Source of the DNA: Octopus sinensis
Lineage: Eukaryota
Assembly: GCF_006345805.1 (NCBI RefSeq)
Contig: NC_043003.1
Coordinates: forward strand, 73,780,001 to 73,844,000
DNA length: 64,000 nucleotides
Reading direction: 5' to 3'
Shown here: positions 43,403 through 56,498 of the stretch, piece by piece
Numbering within the stretch: the first letter of the stretch is position 1
Layout: each line of letters opens with the position of its first letter
Notes under the pieces: model-generated
Seen by the model: the letters and a program-made list of their open reading frames with translations, nothing else
Databases searched by the model: none
Told to the model about the DNA's origin: nothing
Translations under genes and position numbers: made by a program

Positions 43403-43780
43403 TACATACCCAGAACCATGCTTATGAACGATATTCAGGATTTCTCGGTTTTCCGTGAATCGATTAAAAAAAATTTCCTACCTTGTTTGCACACTATGGC
43501 AACACCATTATTATGTTTTCATTATTCTGTGCAACACCCTTTGTTTTTTTTATTTCAGATTCTTCAGTTTTGGGGTTGAACCACGTTAATAGCTTTTGAA
43601 TGCCCATCTAGGCATCTTTTTCTACCAAGAAAATGAATGGCAAACATACATTCAGTATATATTTAACAGAAAACCATAATAATATTATAACATATATTGG
43701 CACAACGAATTATTTAGCCATTTCGATAGATAACTTCAAAAACTTAAAATCCCTATCAGTCATGCCAAATCTGCCCATTT

Positions 43781-44304
43781 CTTCACTGCGTATGTACTAG
43801 CAAAAATGCGTGTGTGCAACAAACTTGAAAAAAATTGTCTTTCCTCCAGGGAGAACATCTGAAAGATGAAATACCTAGAAAGGGATAATGTGGAACCGGT
43901 TTCAGATTTTTCAAGATATGTCTGCACATATATACTTGATTTATCTTCATCAGCCAACATATACCTCGACAACATTTCAGATGTTGCCACATCAATGCTA
44001 ATACACTCGACTGAAACGCCAAAACGCTGACAGAACAAAACAGTGATGAAGTTTCAATAAAAATAGCAATGCAATACTAGAGTATTGCTTTCCAGTAAAG
44101 AATAGCCCGTGAGGGAAAATTATACATAGAAGTAAATATATGGCACAACGAAGTACCGATATTTACTGGAAAATAGCGAACGTAGTAAATACGACGCTAA
44201 TGTATAGCTTCACCGCGTATGTACTAGCAAAAATGCGTGTGTGCAACAAACTTGAAAAAAATTGTCTTACCTCACGGGCTATTCTTTACTGGAAAGCAAA
44301 TACT
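43781..44304 (-). mobile_element. Hammerhead-bearing tandem-unit element, family X locus 2 (about 427-bp unit plus terminal inversion)
   Basis: gcgtatgtactagc recurs at 43788 and 44215; inverted arm 44270-44304 pairs with 44081-44114; diverged homolog of 33752-34399. Confidence 0.8.
43888..43960 (-). ncRNA. Type I hammerhead ribozyme (family X, copy 2)
   Basis: Minus strand reads AUGUUGG-CUGAUGA-AGAU...AUCU-GAAA-C-CG-G-UU/CCACAU: palindromic stem III ACCGGU, GUU triplet; stem II covaries with copy 1. Confidence 0.78.
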
Positions 44305-45196
44305 GTATAAAGCCACACGTGAAACCAGCAAACTTATTTAATAGATTAGCTTTGATATGTATAACTGAAATGCCTTTTCACTTGCGACAGATTAATTTAT
44401 ATAAAAGAACGGATGGAGCGGCCGTCGGTCACCCACTAGGTCCTACGCCTGCGGCATTCTACTTGTAAACAAAAAGGAAACAACACATTATCGCTGTAAA
44501 CATGACATTATACACGTAATACAACGACGCATGCAGTTAATGAAGTTGAGGGACTAAAGGAAGACTTAGAATACAAGCTGATAGTAAAATTTGATACCCA
44601 AAATAATGAACAGGAGATCCTGTTTTCTACATGAAGATACGATTTTAAAAAGAAACAGATATGTTACTTCAGTGTACACCAAATAATAAAACATATACAT
44701 ATACCTACACAGGCACAGTAAATACTCACACAACTATCAGATGTCAGCATAAACGTCACTTCTTAGATGAATACTTATCTATATTCTCGTCCATAAACAA
44801 TCGTCTAGAATAAAGATACGTGGAACTAAACAATTATCTGCGAATATTTCAAGATGAACAAGTAATAAAAACTATCTCGTAAAACGTAACGCAAAAAGCA
44901 TCACACCCGACAATAAGCTTAAATTAATAATATAGTACAAAACGAGTACAAATATAGTATTTGTGTATTTGTCTTTGGTGTATTCAGAGATGCATTTGGT
45001 GTATAGTTTTTGCGTCTGTACGTTTTTATATCTTCTTACACCAGCCTTCTAGAATATCAAATATGTTTGTATATATATACATGTATATTTATACATATAT
45101 ACATATGTATGTATGTGTGTATATATATATATACAGATATATCCATACATATATACACACATATATACAGATATATTTATACATATATACATATTC

Positions 45197-45427
45197 TTTT
45201 AATTGTTTCAGTCATTTGACTGCGGCTATGCTAGAGCACCGCCTTTAGTCGAGCAAATCGATCCCGGGACTTATTCTTTGTAAGCCCAGTACTTATTCTA
45301 TCGGTCTCTTTTGCCGAACCACTAAGTGACGGGGACGTAAACACACCAGCATCGGTTGTCAAGCAATGCTAGGGGGACAAACACAGACACACAAACACAC
45401 ACACACTCATACATATATACATATATG

Positions 45428-45458
<31 letters not shown>

Positions 45459-45628
45459 TGATATATACGACGGGATTCTTTCAGTTTCCGTCTACTAAAT
45501 CCACTCACAAGGCATATAACAGAAGGCTATAACAGAAGATACTTGCCCAAGTTGCGACGCAGTGGGACTGAACCCGGAACTATGTGGTTGGTCAGCAAGC
45601 TACTTACCACACAGCCACTCCTGCGCCT
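45197..45628 (-). mobile_element. Complete tRNA-derived SINE (family A) with internal (AC)/(AT) tract
   Basis: Minus strand head aggcgcaggagtggctgtgtggtaag...ggttcagtccc (A/B boxes); body and tail ...tcaaatgactgaaacaattaaaagaat. Confidence 0.85.
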
Positions 45629-45670
45629 ATACATATGTGTGTACATACATATATATGTACACACACACGT

Positions 45671-45735
<65 letters not shown>

Positions 45736-45757
45736 ATATATATTTATTATATAGAAG

Positions 45758-45810
45758 GAGCTTCTACAGGACTAGAACTGTTTCATTCAAGAGAAATCTT
45801 CAGGAAGCTC
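45758..45810 (-). ncRNA. Type I hammerhead ribozyme (family Z, minus-strand arm)
   Basis: Exact reverse-complement copy of 45822-45874. Confidence 0.75.
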
Positions 45811-45821
45811 CTGAAGCTCCT

Positions 45822-45874
45822 GAGCTTCCTGAAGATTTCTCTTGAATGAAACAGTTCTAGTCCTGTAGAAGCTC
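45822..45874 (+). ncRNA. Type I hammerhead ribozyme (family Z, plus-strand arm)
   Basis: GAGCUUC-CUGAAGA-U(UUC UCUU GAA)U-GAAA-CAG-UUCUAGUC-CUG-UA/GAAGCUC: 7-bp stem I, intact core, GUA triplet (cut after 45867); non-canonical U-U pair at the base of stem II. Confidence 0.75.
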
Positions 45875-45956
45875 CTTCTATATAATAAATTAATTTTACT
45901 CTACTATGTATTGAGTACCTAATTTACTGTGGTTAACCCCGAATCAACCCGGGACC

Positions 45957-46001
<45 letters not shown>

Positions 46002-46389
46002 TTCAGTATGTATGTATATGCATATATACATATGTGTGGGGTCGTATACTTGCGTCTCTATCTGTATTTGTATATCAGATATGTGTTATATGTGTCTATG
46101 TATTATCAGGTCGCAGTGGGCAAGACTTTGGGTAGTAGAACATGTCAATGATGATATAAATTAATGGGTTTAATATAAAATAATATTGAAATTGATGGCC
46201 TTACCTCAACATGTTCGCATTCCAATGATTGACTTGATAAATTTAGAAAAGAAGAGATGTTATACACTGAAATATATATGTGCATATTTATAAATTTTCA
46301 TAAATACCTATACATCTTTCTCAGTCTATATATTTATATGTATACGAACACACATATACGCGCATACATAAATATGAATGTGTATATCT

Positions 46390-46510
<121 letters not shown>

Positions 46511-46515
46511 TCTAG

Positions 46516-46582
<67 letters not shown>

Positions 46583-46715
46583 ATGTACACATATACATAT
46601 AAACAAAAATAGATATGCACACATGCACACAATCACATACATACTCAAACACAAACACATACACATTAAAACACACATATATATATATATATACACATAT
46701 ATATGTGCGTGCGTG

Positions 46716-46751
<36 letters not shown>

Positions 46752-47500
46752 ATATTTATATAAACTGATATGCATATAGACATATATATATATGTCTGTG
46801 TGTATATATATATATATACACGCATATATACACATTTATATATGTGTGTGCGCGCGTGTGCGTGTTATGTGTGTGTATGTGTGTGTGTATTTATAGCTTG
46901 CCGACTTAAGTTACTGCAGTAATTCGTTTGCTTTTCTTGGTTAGAGGAAACGAGCAAAATCTAATAACATTCAATTTAGGAAGCCATGCATTGAGGCAAT
47001 AAGATGATTTGAGGAATGCAAATTAAAATATGCAAATTTCGTATTAGTATCTGCCGAATTGGTGCCTGAATCACTCTAGCTTTTATATAAATAATAAAAT
47101 GAACAATAAATATAGTAATAATAATAAGAATATTAATATTAACAAAATAATAATAATAACAACAACAACAATGATAATAATAATAGCAATAATAATAATA
47201 ATTACATGTGCAAGCTATTCCAAGTAAAATGGCCCAATTTACATTTTAATATATTGGCAGAAAAATCTGATAGAAAATTAAAGAAATGTATTGGAATTTA
47301 TAGAAATGGCGAAGGAAGGAAAGAGGCAAATAATAGGCAAGAATAAGGGAAGGGAAATAATATAATTTGTTTCACTTCTCTTTTTGGTTCTTCTAGTTGT
47401 TTCGTTTTGCTAAGCAAAACAAATCCCATTTCACAAACCATCACAGCAGCATTCGAGTGGAAGGTTTTGTTAGAAGTAAGTTTTGCAAACCATATATACA

Positions 47501-47565
<65 letters not shown>

Positions 47566-48597
47566 ATGTATATGTGTTGTGTACGCATGTATGTATATAT
47601 ACATACATATGTGTGCGTGTGTGTCTCAATCTGTATATATATGTATTTATTGTAATTTGTGTGAATATGTATATGCGTTGTGTACGCTGTTGGTGGTGGG
47701 TGTGTACTACGTGTTCGTAGTTCAATATAGAATATTAAACAGTTTTTTCTTGCTGCAATGTGGCTTGTTTCATACTCTGTTCCCCCACTTTAATAATTGC
47801 TTGATGACTATGTATGTTGTCAAAATCGATCAAGTGATAAAACTTTGATTTTCTGCGGTGAACAGTTCTTTTTCTAATTATTCCTTTAATTATTAGATAT
47901 TTTCTCTCACACTTGTGCACAGAATTTTCTAAGGTAGAAATGTTGAAGCAGATTCTTACACAGGCGGTCTTTCAATTTTAATTGTTTTGCAAACAATTTT
48001 CTGATTTCAAAACTCGCTCACCCAATTTTTCATTTCAAATTTAACAGAGTGATATTGCTTAACATTTCGTACCGATTAAGTTGATAACAGAAAGAAATAT
48101 GTAATTCTATACGAAGGTCAAAATCTAATCAGCTACAAATTATCCAGCGCAAACTTATGACTTTGTGACAAAATAGATTATTACATTTACATTTATTTTA
48201 TGGTAGATTCACAGTATTCTCTAAAATTTTATATTCGTTTAAAAGTTTATATTCCTTTTCTTTTTTATTACTGCGTTCAAGCTTCGTTGATATCAACATT
48301 GTATTTTTTAAGTCTTGGGTCGATAAAATATATATTGCATGACTTAACAGGGGCAGGAGATTTCTTAAATAATCATAGCTGCAGCCCCAAAAAATCTATC
48401 TTGCATTTTTAGTTTCGGTTCCAGACATCACGATTTCAAATCTCACAGGGATCAAATTGTGATATTTATTATTTGTGGGTCGATAAAAATGTACAATTCA
48501 AGTACTGCTTTCGATAGTGTCAAGTGACTCCTCCATCCACAATTGCTGGACTTTAACTTAATTAGGAACAATTATTTTAAATATCATATTGCAAAGG

Positions 48598-48795
48598 AAG
48601 GTGGTGAGTTGGCAGAATCGCTAGCACGCCAGGCAAAATGCTTAACGGCATTTCGTCCGTCTTTACATACTGAGTTCATATTCAACCGATGTCGACTTTA
48701 CCTTTCACCCTTTCGGAGTCGATAGAATAAGTACTAGTTGAGTACTCTCGCAACAAATTGCTGACTCTGGCCCAAAAGTTGAAATCAATATTATA
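48598..48795 (+). mobile_element. SINE family B
   Basis: ggtggtgagttggcagaatcgctagcacg...ccctttcggagtcgatagaataagtactag. Confidence 0.8.
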
Positions 48796-49369
48796 TAGAT
48801 ATAGCGAAAAGATATATGTAATTCATGTAGTGTTTCTTCTGGATTTCACGTTCTGATTTTAATTACGCCCAGCAAAACTCCACATTTCTTCGAAGTCGAT
48901 AAAGCATACAGCTAGACAGGTTCTGAACGATTCCATCTACTGCCCCCTTCGCCTTAAATGTGCATAATTTTACCTAATTTAACACCAACAACCATAAATT
49001 TAATTTTGTGCTAAAAGGGCAGAATGTGTTCTTTACTTCTAGTTTTCTATTTAAATATTTATCACATTCTCAATAGCTATAGGAATATAACTGTCAATTT
49101 TCATTTTGTAGCTGGTGTCATTCACGTATAAGAGATGAGATTTAGTAGCACTTTTAATAGTTTCAGTCTTTCAAATCCATCTGAGTACTTATTTCCCCCT
49201 CGTGCTCAATAAATATTGACTCTATACGATAAGTTACTTCCACACATGCACTTACACTCACATACACATAGCCGCGCATACATTGCATATACACCTACAT
49301 AAATACATACATACCCACATGCATGCATACATACATTCACACATATACACATACATACATACATGGTTA

Positions 49370-49530
49370 GGAATTTGCGGGGAGGAGTAAGTTGTCTAAA
49401 TTGACTCCAGTACTGAACTGGTACTTATTCTATAGAAAAGATGAAAGTTAAAGTCGACAGTATGTACAGACAGACGGAATGCTGGTAAGCATTTTGCTCG
49501 GCGTGCTAGCGGTTCTGCAGTTCACCGCCT
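49370..49530 (-). mobile_element. SINE family B (diverged)
   Basis: aagcattttgctcggcgtgctagcggttctgcagttcaccgcc is the reverse complement of the family B head. Confidence 0.7.
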
Positions 49531-49966
49531 TTGCAATATGATATCAAAAATGATTATTCTTAATGAAGTAAAAGTTCAGTAATTTTGGATTGAAGAAGTC
49601 AGCTTTCTTAATACTTTTCTCGCTGTATTGGGTGTTCGTGTCTCTCTTGCAGCTGTTGTGTTTATTGTTGATCTTCTAATGAAGTTATATTCTTTGTTTT
49701 GCTGCATTTATTTACTCGATATGAGAAGATACATTGCAGAACTGTTATTTTAACCAGTCATATCTATTTGCCACCCACAGAGATGCTCCTGAACCAGTTG
49801 TTAAGTATCCCACACATGAGGGATCGATACTAGATGTGTGGAAACAGTTGTGATTAATAAAAATCATCGTATCTTCCTTCTTTCATTTATGAAGCACATC
49901 CACCCACATACACATACATATATACACATATATGTGTAAATATATATATATATATATGTATGTATG

Positions 49967-50290
49967 TCCAGCAAAGCTGGACTCAAGAGTCATCTTCGTA
50001 GTCATAAAGCGAGACAGATGAGTGACAACATGGCCACTGGTGGTGGTGTAACACTCCATACTAATCATATCTGTCGGGCATGTGGAAGAGAGAGTAATTC
50101 GGCAGGAGGACTTAAACGACATGCAAAGGTACATGAAGCCCAGTTACAACTACAACCGGGTATTACCGGTAATGGTTTTAGTTGCCAATTCTGTAAAACA
50201 TATTGTAGATCTTTAGCTAGGCTAAAAAGTCACGTTCGATCACACCACCAGTAACAGTTAAGCTTCGTGCAATGGCCATACTCGATAACG
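49967..50290 (+). mobile_element. Triple C2H2 zinc-finger fragment; probably the 3' end of a 5'-truncated RTE-like LINE, alternatively a ZNF exon
   Basis: SKAGLKSHLRSH, CRACGRESNSAGGLKRHAKVH and CQFCKTYCRSLARLKSHVRSH, stop at 50252-50254, about 35-nt UTR, then (TA)n. No TGEKP linkers; the first finger lacks its CxxC. Confidence 0.6.
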
Positions 50291-50308
50291 AGGGGACAGC
50301 CATCATAC

Positions 50309-50355
<47 letters not shown>

Positions 50356-51630
50356 CATACGCACACAAACACATGAATATATATATATTATATATATATA
50401 TATATATATACATACGCACACACATATCTATATATATATATGTATATGCGTCTCTATGCGTGTTTTGTATGTATGTACGTATATACACGTGCATGCCCAC
50501 ATGAATGTATGCATATATGTACGTGTATATGTATATATGTTCATATATTTGTATGTGTATCTACAGATGTTCGTGCGCGCACATATCTGTATAAGTATAT
50601 GTGTGTTCGAGTATGCGTATGTATATAGATGTTTATGTGTGTGAACGTATATGTGTAAGTATGGGCGTATTCTTACAGGTCAGCCAAAGACAATCGCAAG
50701 TGTAACCTACCATAAATAATAAATTAACAGTACAACGAAATAAAATGCTAATCCTTTTAAAACGACAATCCCTTTAACAGTAGCAAATCCGCAATCGCAT
50801 TCCATCCATACATTCAAAGCAGTTTACTGGCAGACCTTCAGCCATGACATATTACTTGATACATTCAGTTGCTATAACTCACAGGTAACGGCAGACAAAT
50901 AGGATGGTTTTGAAGCCGAGAATTTCAGTTTACGGAGACAATATTTATATACCGCGTGAGGAAACACAAGCTCTCATAATTCAAGGAAACGGTTATATAA
51001 CACAATGCCCTCAACCTTGGAGAACTACGTTGCGTAGTAACAATTTTAGTAATTGTAAATATATGACCAACCGTATACTTGTCTCCAACTTATTCAATTA
51101 TCTGTTTACACACTAAGGAAGCCTAAATACAATTCTTTAAGTACGTAAAATACGACTACTTGATAAGCAGAGGGCGAAATAAGAAGTTGGGTGAGCTTTA
51201 TACAGAACTGTACTAGGTTCAGAAAAATCAAATGATTTTGTTTTTAAAATATTTCCATAGTATTCAAAAGCAAGGGATATTTTACTTGTTTCTGCCTGTC
51301 TCTGTCACCCTTCTTATTTTTTCACTCTTGTGGCTTAGAGGTAGTTATGAATTCTTGTCTTTGATTGTTTAAGCAGCAGAAGTAGTAAAGGAAAGGAATA
51401 ACAGAGTGGAGGAAGAAGAAGAAGAAGAAGAAGAAGAAGAAGAAGAAGAGAAGAAGAAGAAGAAGAAGAAGAAAAGAAAGATTAAAAAGAATGCATGAGT
51501 GGCATGATGTTAAATGGTCAAGCGCCTTCAAAGTGACACGTTGTGGTAGATAGATGTGATGGGACTGATTTTAATGAATTCTTGACGTATCTCTTTGAAT
51601 GCATCGTTTTACATATTTGCGTGGGTATAT

Positions 51631-51710
<80 letters not shown>

Positions 51711-54700
51711 TATACTCTTCATCCTTAGATGCATTCTTGAAAATGAAAGACTGGAAGAAACAGTGCTATGTGTTTGATTGTAAGACACTCTAATAACTGA
51801 TAAGAGTGTCATCGTCATGTATATTAAAGGCTGATGCAAGCATACAAATGATGGCGATAGACTTCGTCTAGAGAAGTCTGAGGCGCTGCTGTACTCTACA
51901 GCATGAGTTTCGAGGTTTCCACAAAATATAATGCCGATTATTAACGCGAAATAAAAGAAAAAGATATATAAATAAGCTTAAAATATAAGGATTTATACAA
52001 ATCAATAGATAGGTTACCTTAATCAGTTATAATTACAAAGAAAGAAAAGTACTTACCATGAATTCATACGTAAAAGTAGCGGTGCGAATAAGCGAAGAGC
52101 AAACGTTATTTTGGGGAAGTAACGCCTTCTCGTGTGTACGAATGTATCTTGGTATCATTTCTTCAGTTATACCTCACAAAAATGGTGAAGGTTGCATTAT
52201 ATGATTAAGTGCTAATATGGTAGAATCGTACCGTAGTGCACAAAATGTTTAGTAAAATTTCTTCAAGCTCTTTACCTGCTGTGGTCAGATGCTGCCGTGA
52301 TAGAATTTGTCTTTCCTCCATTCGGAGTCGATTAAATATTTAATAGTTGAGCAATAAACTTCTCATTAACTTCAAAAGGTGCTGGCCTTTTGCCATAATT
52401 TACATAGTGCTGGAGATATATTTAGTAAAACTTATTTCAAGTGTTGCTTGCTATACAGAAGAAACTTTGTTCTCAATTAGAATGCATTTGAGAAATGTAT
52501 CTGAGGTTACCTTCTTTCTCACAGTTTCCAGATGCAAATAAAAGAGTGCTCATGTCTTCTTTTTTCTATCTGAAATTAACTTTCTGCCCAAGTTGTTTGT
52601 GAAAGGCATCAACTGTATCAACCCAACATATCCCTTCGTAATGGTGGTTTCCGCAAAGTCTGTTAACGCAAATCTCACGCAAGTATTGTTAAAAAAAATG
52701 AGAATAAAAGTTCTGACGATATGTCGATCTTTCTTTAACGTACATTTTCCTTTTCATCATTCGCTCTTTTCATGCTCAGTTATTGACAATAATGCTCTAT
52801 TTATATGAAAATATATTTAGCTTTTCGATTAAGTTGATATTTTATTTGAATATGATGTGGAATATTGTTTGAATTATGTGCCCAAAGAGAAATGTTAAAC
52901 ATTTGTAATTGTTGCCTATCTCAGTGAAATCAATTATAGAGATGACAACTTGTTATTAGAGAAGCTTCTAGCTGTCAACGACTGAGTGTATTTATTGCAT
53001 TGTCAACATTACGCTTATGGTAGATACAGTAATAGAATTATTAGTATAATACAGATATAGTAATAAAATAGATCAAACGGGGCAAGTGTTCTGTGTTTGA
53101 CGTTCTTCTCTTCCATATCAACAATGATTGCGTTATAATCCAGATTTTTAAGACACGGTCATCATGATTTCTTACATAGTGTACTTTGGAAAATATTGTT
53201 TACTGCGTTGCTTACGTAATTAGGTAGATTTTTGTTTAGGGAGAATTGAGTGTTCATTTATGCAGGTTGACTGACGCCATAGAGTCTCTTTTATAGTTTC
53301 ACATGTTTTCCAATGCGTTGGAGGTGGTGTGTAAATCTTGTGCTGTTATGAGTGAAACAAATTTGCCTTTCGAATATTTACATTCACTTGGCAGTTGATA
53401 TACATTAAAAGTAAATGGGTATCTCATTTATTAAAGAAAGGCCTCTTTTAGTAGGATACAAATGTCATAACTAAGTGGTTGTTTGGTGCGGGTGGCAGGA
53501 TTAGACGTGGGAACAACTGATAATAAGATATTCGCTACGCAATCATCAGTCGTCTGATGCGATTGCTCGATAGCGTCTTACCTGGAGTAAATTTTACTAT
53601 TGACTTAGCTGATCCAAATTATTGCGAAGGGACTATGGTTTGAGGAGAAATATGCCGTAACTTTTCGGATGGATGGTAACTGTAATTCAAATGTCCATAA
53701 TTGTTACGTGTTCATGTAAGGTTCCATGTAAGGTTAGGATGAGAATTACGTGAAAGGTTAAATAATGACCAACCATATTAATTTAAAATATATATATATA
53801 TCCCAGTTTACAGACCAGCGAAATATCCATCGCAGAACTGTCAACGTCTTTTTCAATGGTTATATTTTGTAAAGGAAAAGGCTCAGTCATTCATTCTAAG
53901 TAGCTTTCAATACAGTATGAAAATGAAGCGTCCAATTTTGTTTACACGACTAATCGTTTCACTGTACTCGCTATATATTGCGTTGAAACACATATATCAT
54001 ATGGAAGACATATAAGCATAGTGAAATACATGAATTAAGCACATGTCCATGAGTTAATTGTGGTATAATATCCATGTGCAGCTCCGGAATTTTTGTGATA
54101 TAAAGCAGTTGCTAATAATGGCTTTAGCTGCAACATTCTAAGCTGTCCATTTTCACATGAAAGCTCTAATAAATTACTGCTTTGTTTTTGTGTAGGAGTG
54201 GCGTCCTTGCATGTTATTTTAGAAAGTGTTTAGACAGAAAATAATACTGAATAACATTTTAGGTAGAACATTGTAATATTGTGGTACTTTATACAAAGGT
54301 GTTTGACAACCAAATATAAACATAAATAAAGCTGTCCCAGACGTCCAAGTAAAACCAAATGCTACTCTTCCTAAAATAGGTTATTTGGGATAATTCCTAC
54401 TTTACTTAAAACATATACAATTTTTGTTGTAGCCCCAATAATGGGTCCATTCTCAATCGTATCATTTCTCTCTCTCAGATTTCACAATTGTTAATCTCAA
54501 ATGTATCCTTCCATATCTACGTTGGTGTTTCTATACGCACGCTCTTTCACAAAAAATATTTTCTCAACAATTTTAAAAGTTATATGCACAACTACCTAAA
54601 GCAAAAATACAGAAAAGAAACTTGCATACATTGGAACAACATTGATGCTGTACGCTGACTATAACAGAAGTTTCGTTTCCAAACAGCGCCAAACCAAAAC

Positions 54701-55439
54701 TATTGTTCTCAATTCACATGCGATCAATGTCTGAACACTTGTCTACATCATCAAACCGGCAAGTTGATTCGCACAAAAACACTCCTGTAAAATCACACAC
54801 ATGCATTTATACTACACGTCAAGATATAGCCCCTTCCAAAAACACACTAATTAATGCCATCTCATTTATTTTGTGTTGTTTAAGTATCTGAAGACGTGTA
54901 AACAACCCACAATATTCACATGCAATCAAAATTGCACTCAGTTGCCTGTTACAAAACGCACAACAAGACTAAAACATGCAACTATATACATGCTACTACC
55001 GCTATATCTGAGTGTAGCTAATACAAAGTCATCTTGGTTTCTAGGCATTGATCTTATAGCTCTCTATTTCCTACCAAATTCTATCAGATAATATTTGTTA
55101 ATCTTATTTTGTCCACTAACATTCCTCAAATCATGTTTTTTGTTTCCTAGTGTGGCATCTTTTTCTAATATTAACATTAACTAAGACAGGCGTGAGCCTC
55201 CCATCTACTATAGTAAAATTGACCTTCTACTACATCCAAAGGCTGTTAAGTTTTTACAGCTGCTGTTTGATGCCCGCATTCTCCCATTAGTATCCTCCCA
55301 TGGGTTTGATACCTGCTTTATTTATCCCTTATTTATATGTCTTTACGCACGCACCCCTTAACCACTCTGGAGATGATGTCAAGGCTACCATCATTGATGA
55401 GGAACTTTCTTCCAGTGCTATATAGTCGTTTATTCTTCT

Positions 55440-55520
55440 TTCTTTTATTTGTTTCAGTAATTTAATTGCAGCCATGCTGGAGCACCACATTTAGTCGAAC
55501 AAATCGACCCTCAGACTTAC
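55440..55520 (-). mobile_element. SINE family A 3' fragment
   Basis: tgtttcagtaatttaattgcagccatgctggagcacc...tttagtcgaacaaatcgacc. Confidence 0.6.
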
Positions 55521-55649
55521 AGCATAACATGGTCCACTATAGTCTCTGGCCCTCCATACCAGAACGAACATGCTACTTGTTGGCTATGTTTGAAGGAATC
55601 CCTACAAATTTTGTGATATAGCGCTACCTTTATTTTCACGTAGAACGCA

Positions 55650-56120
55650 TTTTAAATCTTCGATCACCCGGGAAAATGACTAGTGGCATTTTGTCCGGCG
55701 TGCTAAATATTCTGAACGCTCACCACCTTATGTCACATATATAATGATGATTTCAAATTTTCAAATTATACCTTTAATTTCAGGAGTGATATTGTTCGAT
55801 TATATTGACCCTAGTGTTCAACTGGTACTTATTTGATCGATCCCGGAATCAGGAAAAGCAAAGTAGACCACGGTGAAATTTGAATTCAGAATGTAAATAC
55901 GAGAGAAATGCCGCACAGCATTTTGACGGCGTGCAAACAAATCTGCCAGCTCAACGCCCTTGATACACAGGTTTCAAAATTTAGTACAAGGCCAGGGGAA
56001 GGATAAGTCGATTAAATCGGCTCGAGCACACAGCTAGCAGTTTTATCAAATCCGGAAATGTGAAGATGGACGAAATGCCGCTAAGCATTTTGTCATGTAT
56101 GCGAACGATCCTGCCAGTTT
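55650..56120 (-). mobile_element. Three adjacent diverged SINE family B fragments
   Basis: gcattttgtccggcgtgcta (about 55687), gcattttgacggcgtgcaa (about 55918) and gcattttgtcatgtatgcga (about 56085). Confidence 0.65.
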
Positions 56121-56453
56121 ACTATCTTAGATGCACACATAATATAAAATGATTTTATCTATTGATGAAATTGTATTTTAATAGATTTGTTTATTGAGAA
56201 AAGTAACTGAAATATGTTATATACATATTCTATTCACCATATGATGTATATATTATATTTTTGTGTAGTATATTAAAATGTTTAAAAGTATACATTTTTG
56301 TAACAGCCTCTGTTTAATATCTTTGTAGCCTTATATATTTAACACACCTCTATACAAATATACAAACAAACGCAACGCACACAGCATCAATACTCGTACT
56401 GTCTCTGACACCATCATTCTCTCTCTCTCTAGCACATACATACACATACACAT

Positions 56454-56454
<1 letters not shown>

Positions 56455-56498
<44 letters not shown>

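Larger units (their letters stand above)
45742..45890. repeat. Perfect palindrome: 69-bp arms with an 11-nt spacer
   Basis: 45742-45810 is the exact reverse complement of 45822-45890; spacer ctgaagctcct; (TA)n on the left. Confidence 0.97.

Noticed and set aside
45560-45628. tRNA-like sequences with A/B boxes (also about 1580-1640 and 59340-59420)
   Set aside because: They are SINE heads attached to SINE bodies, not cloverleaf tRNA genes.
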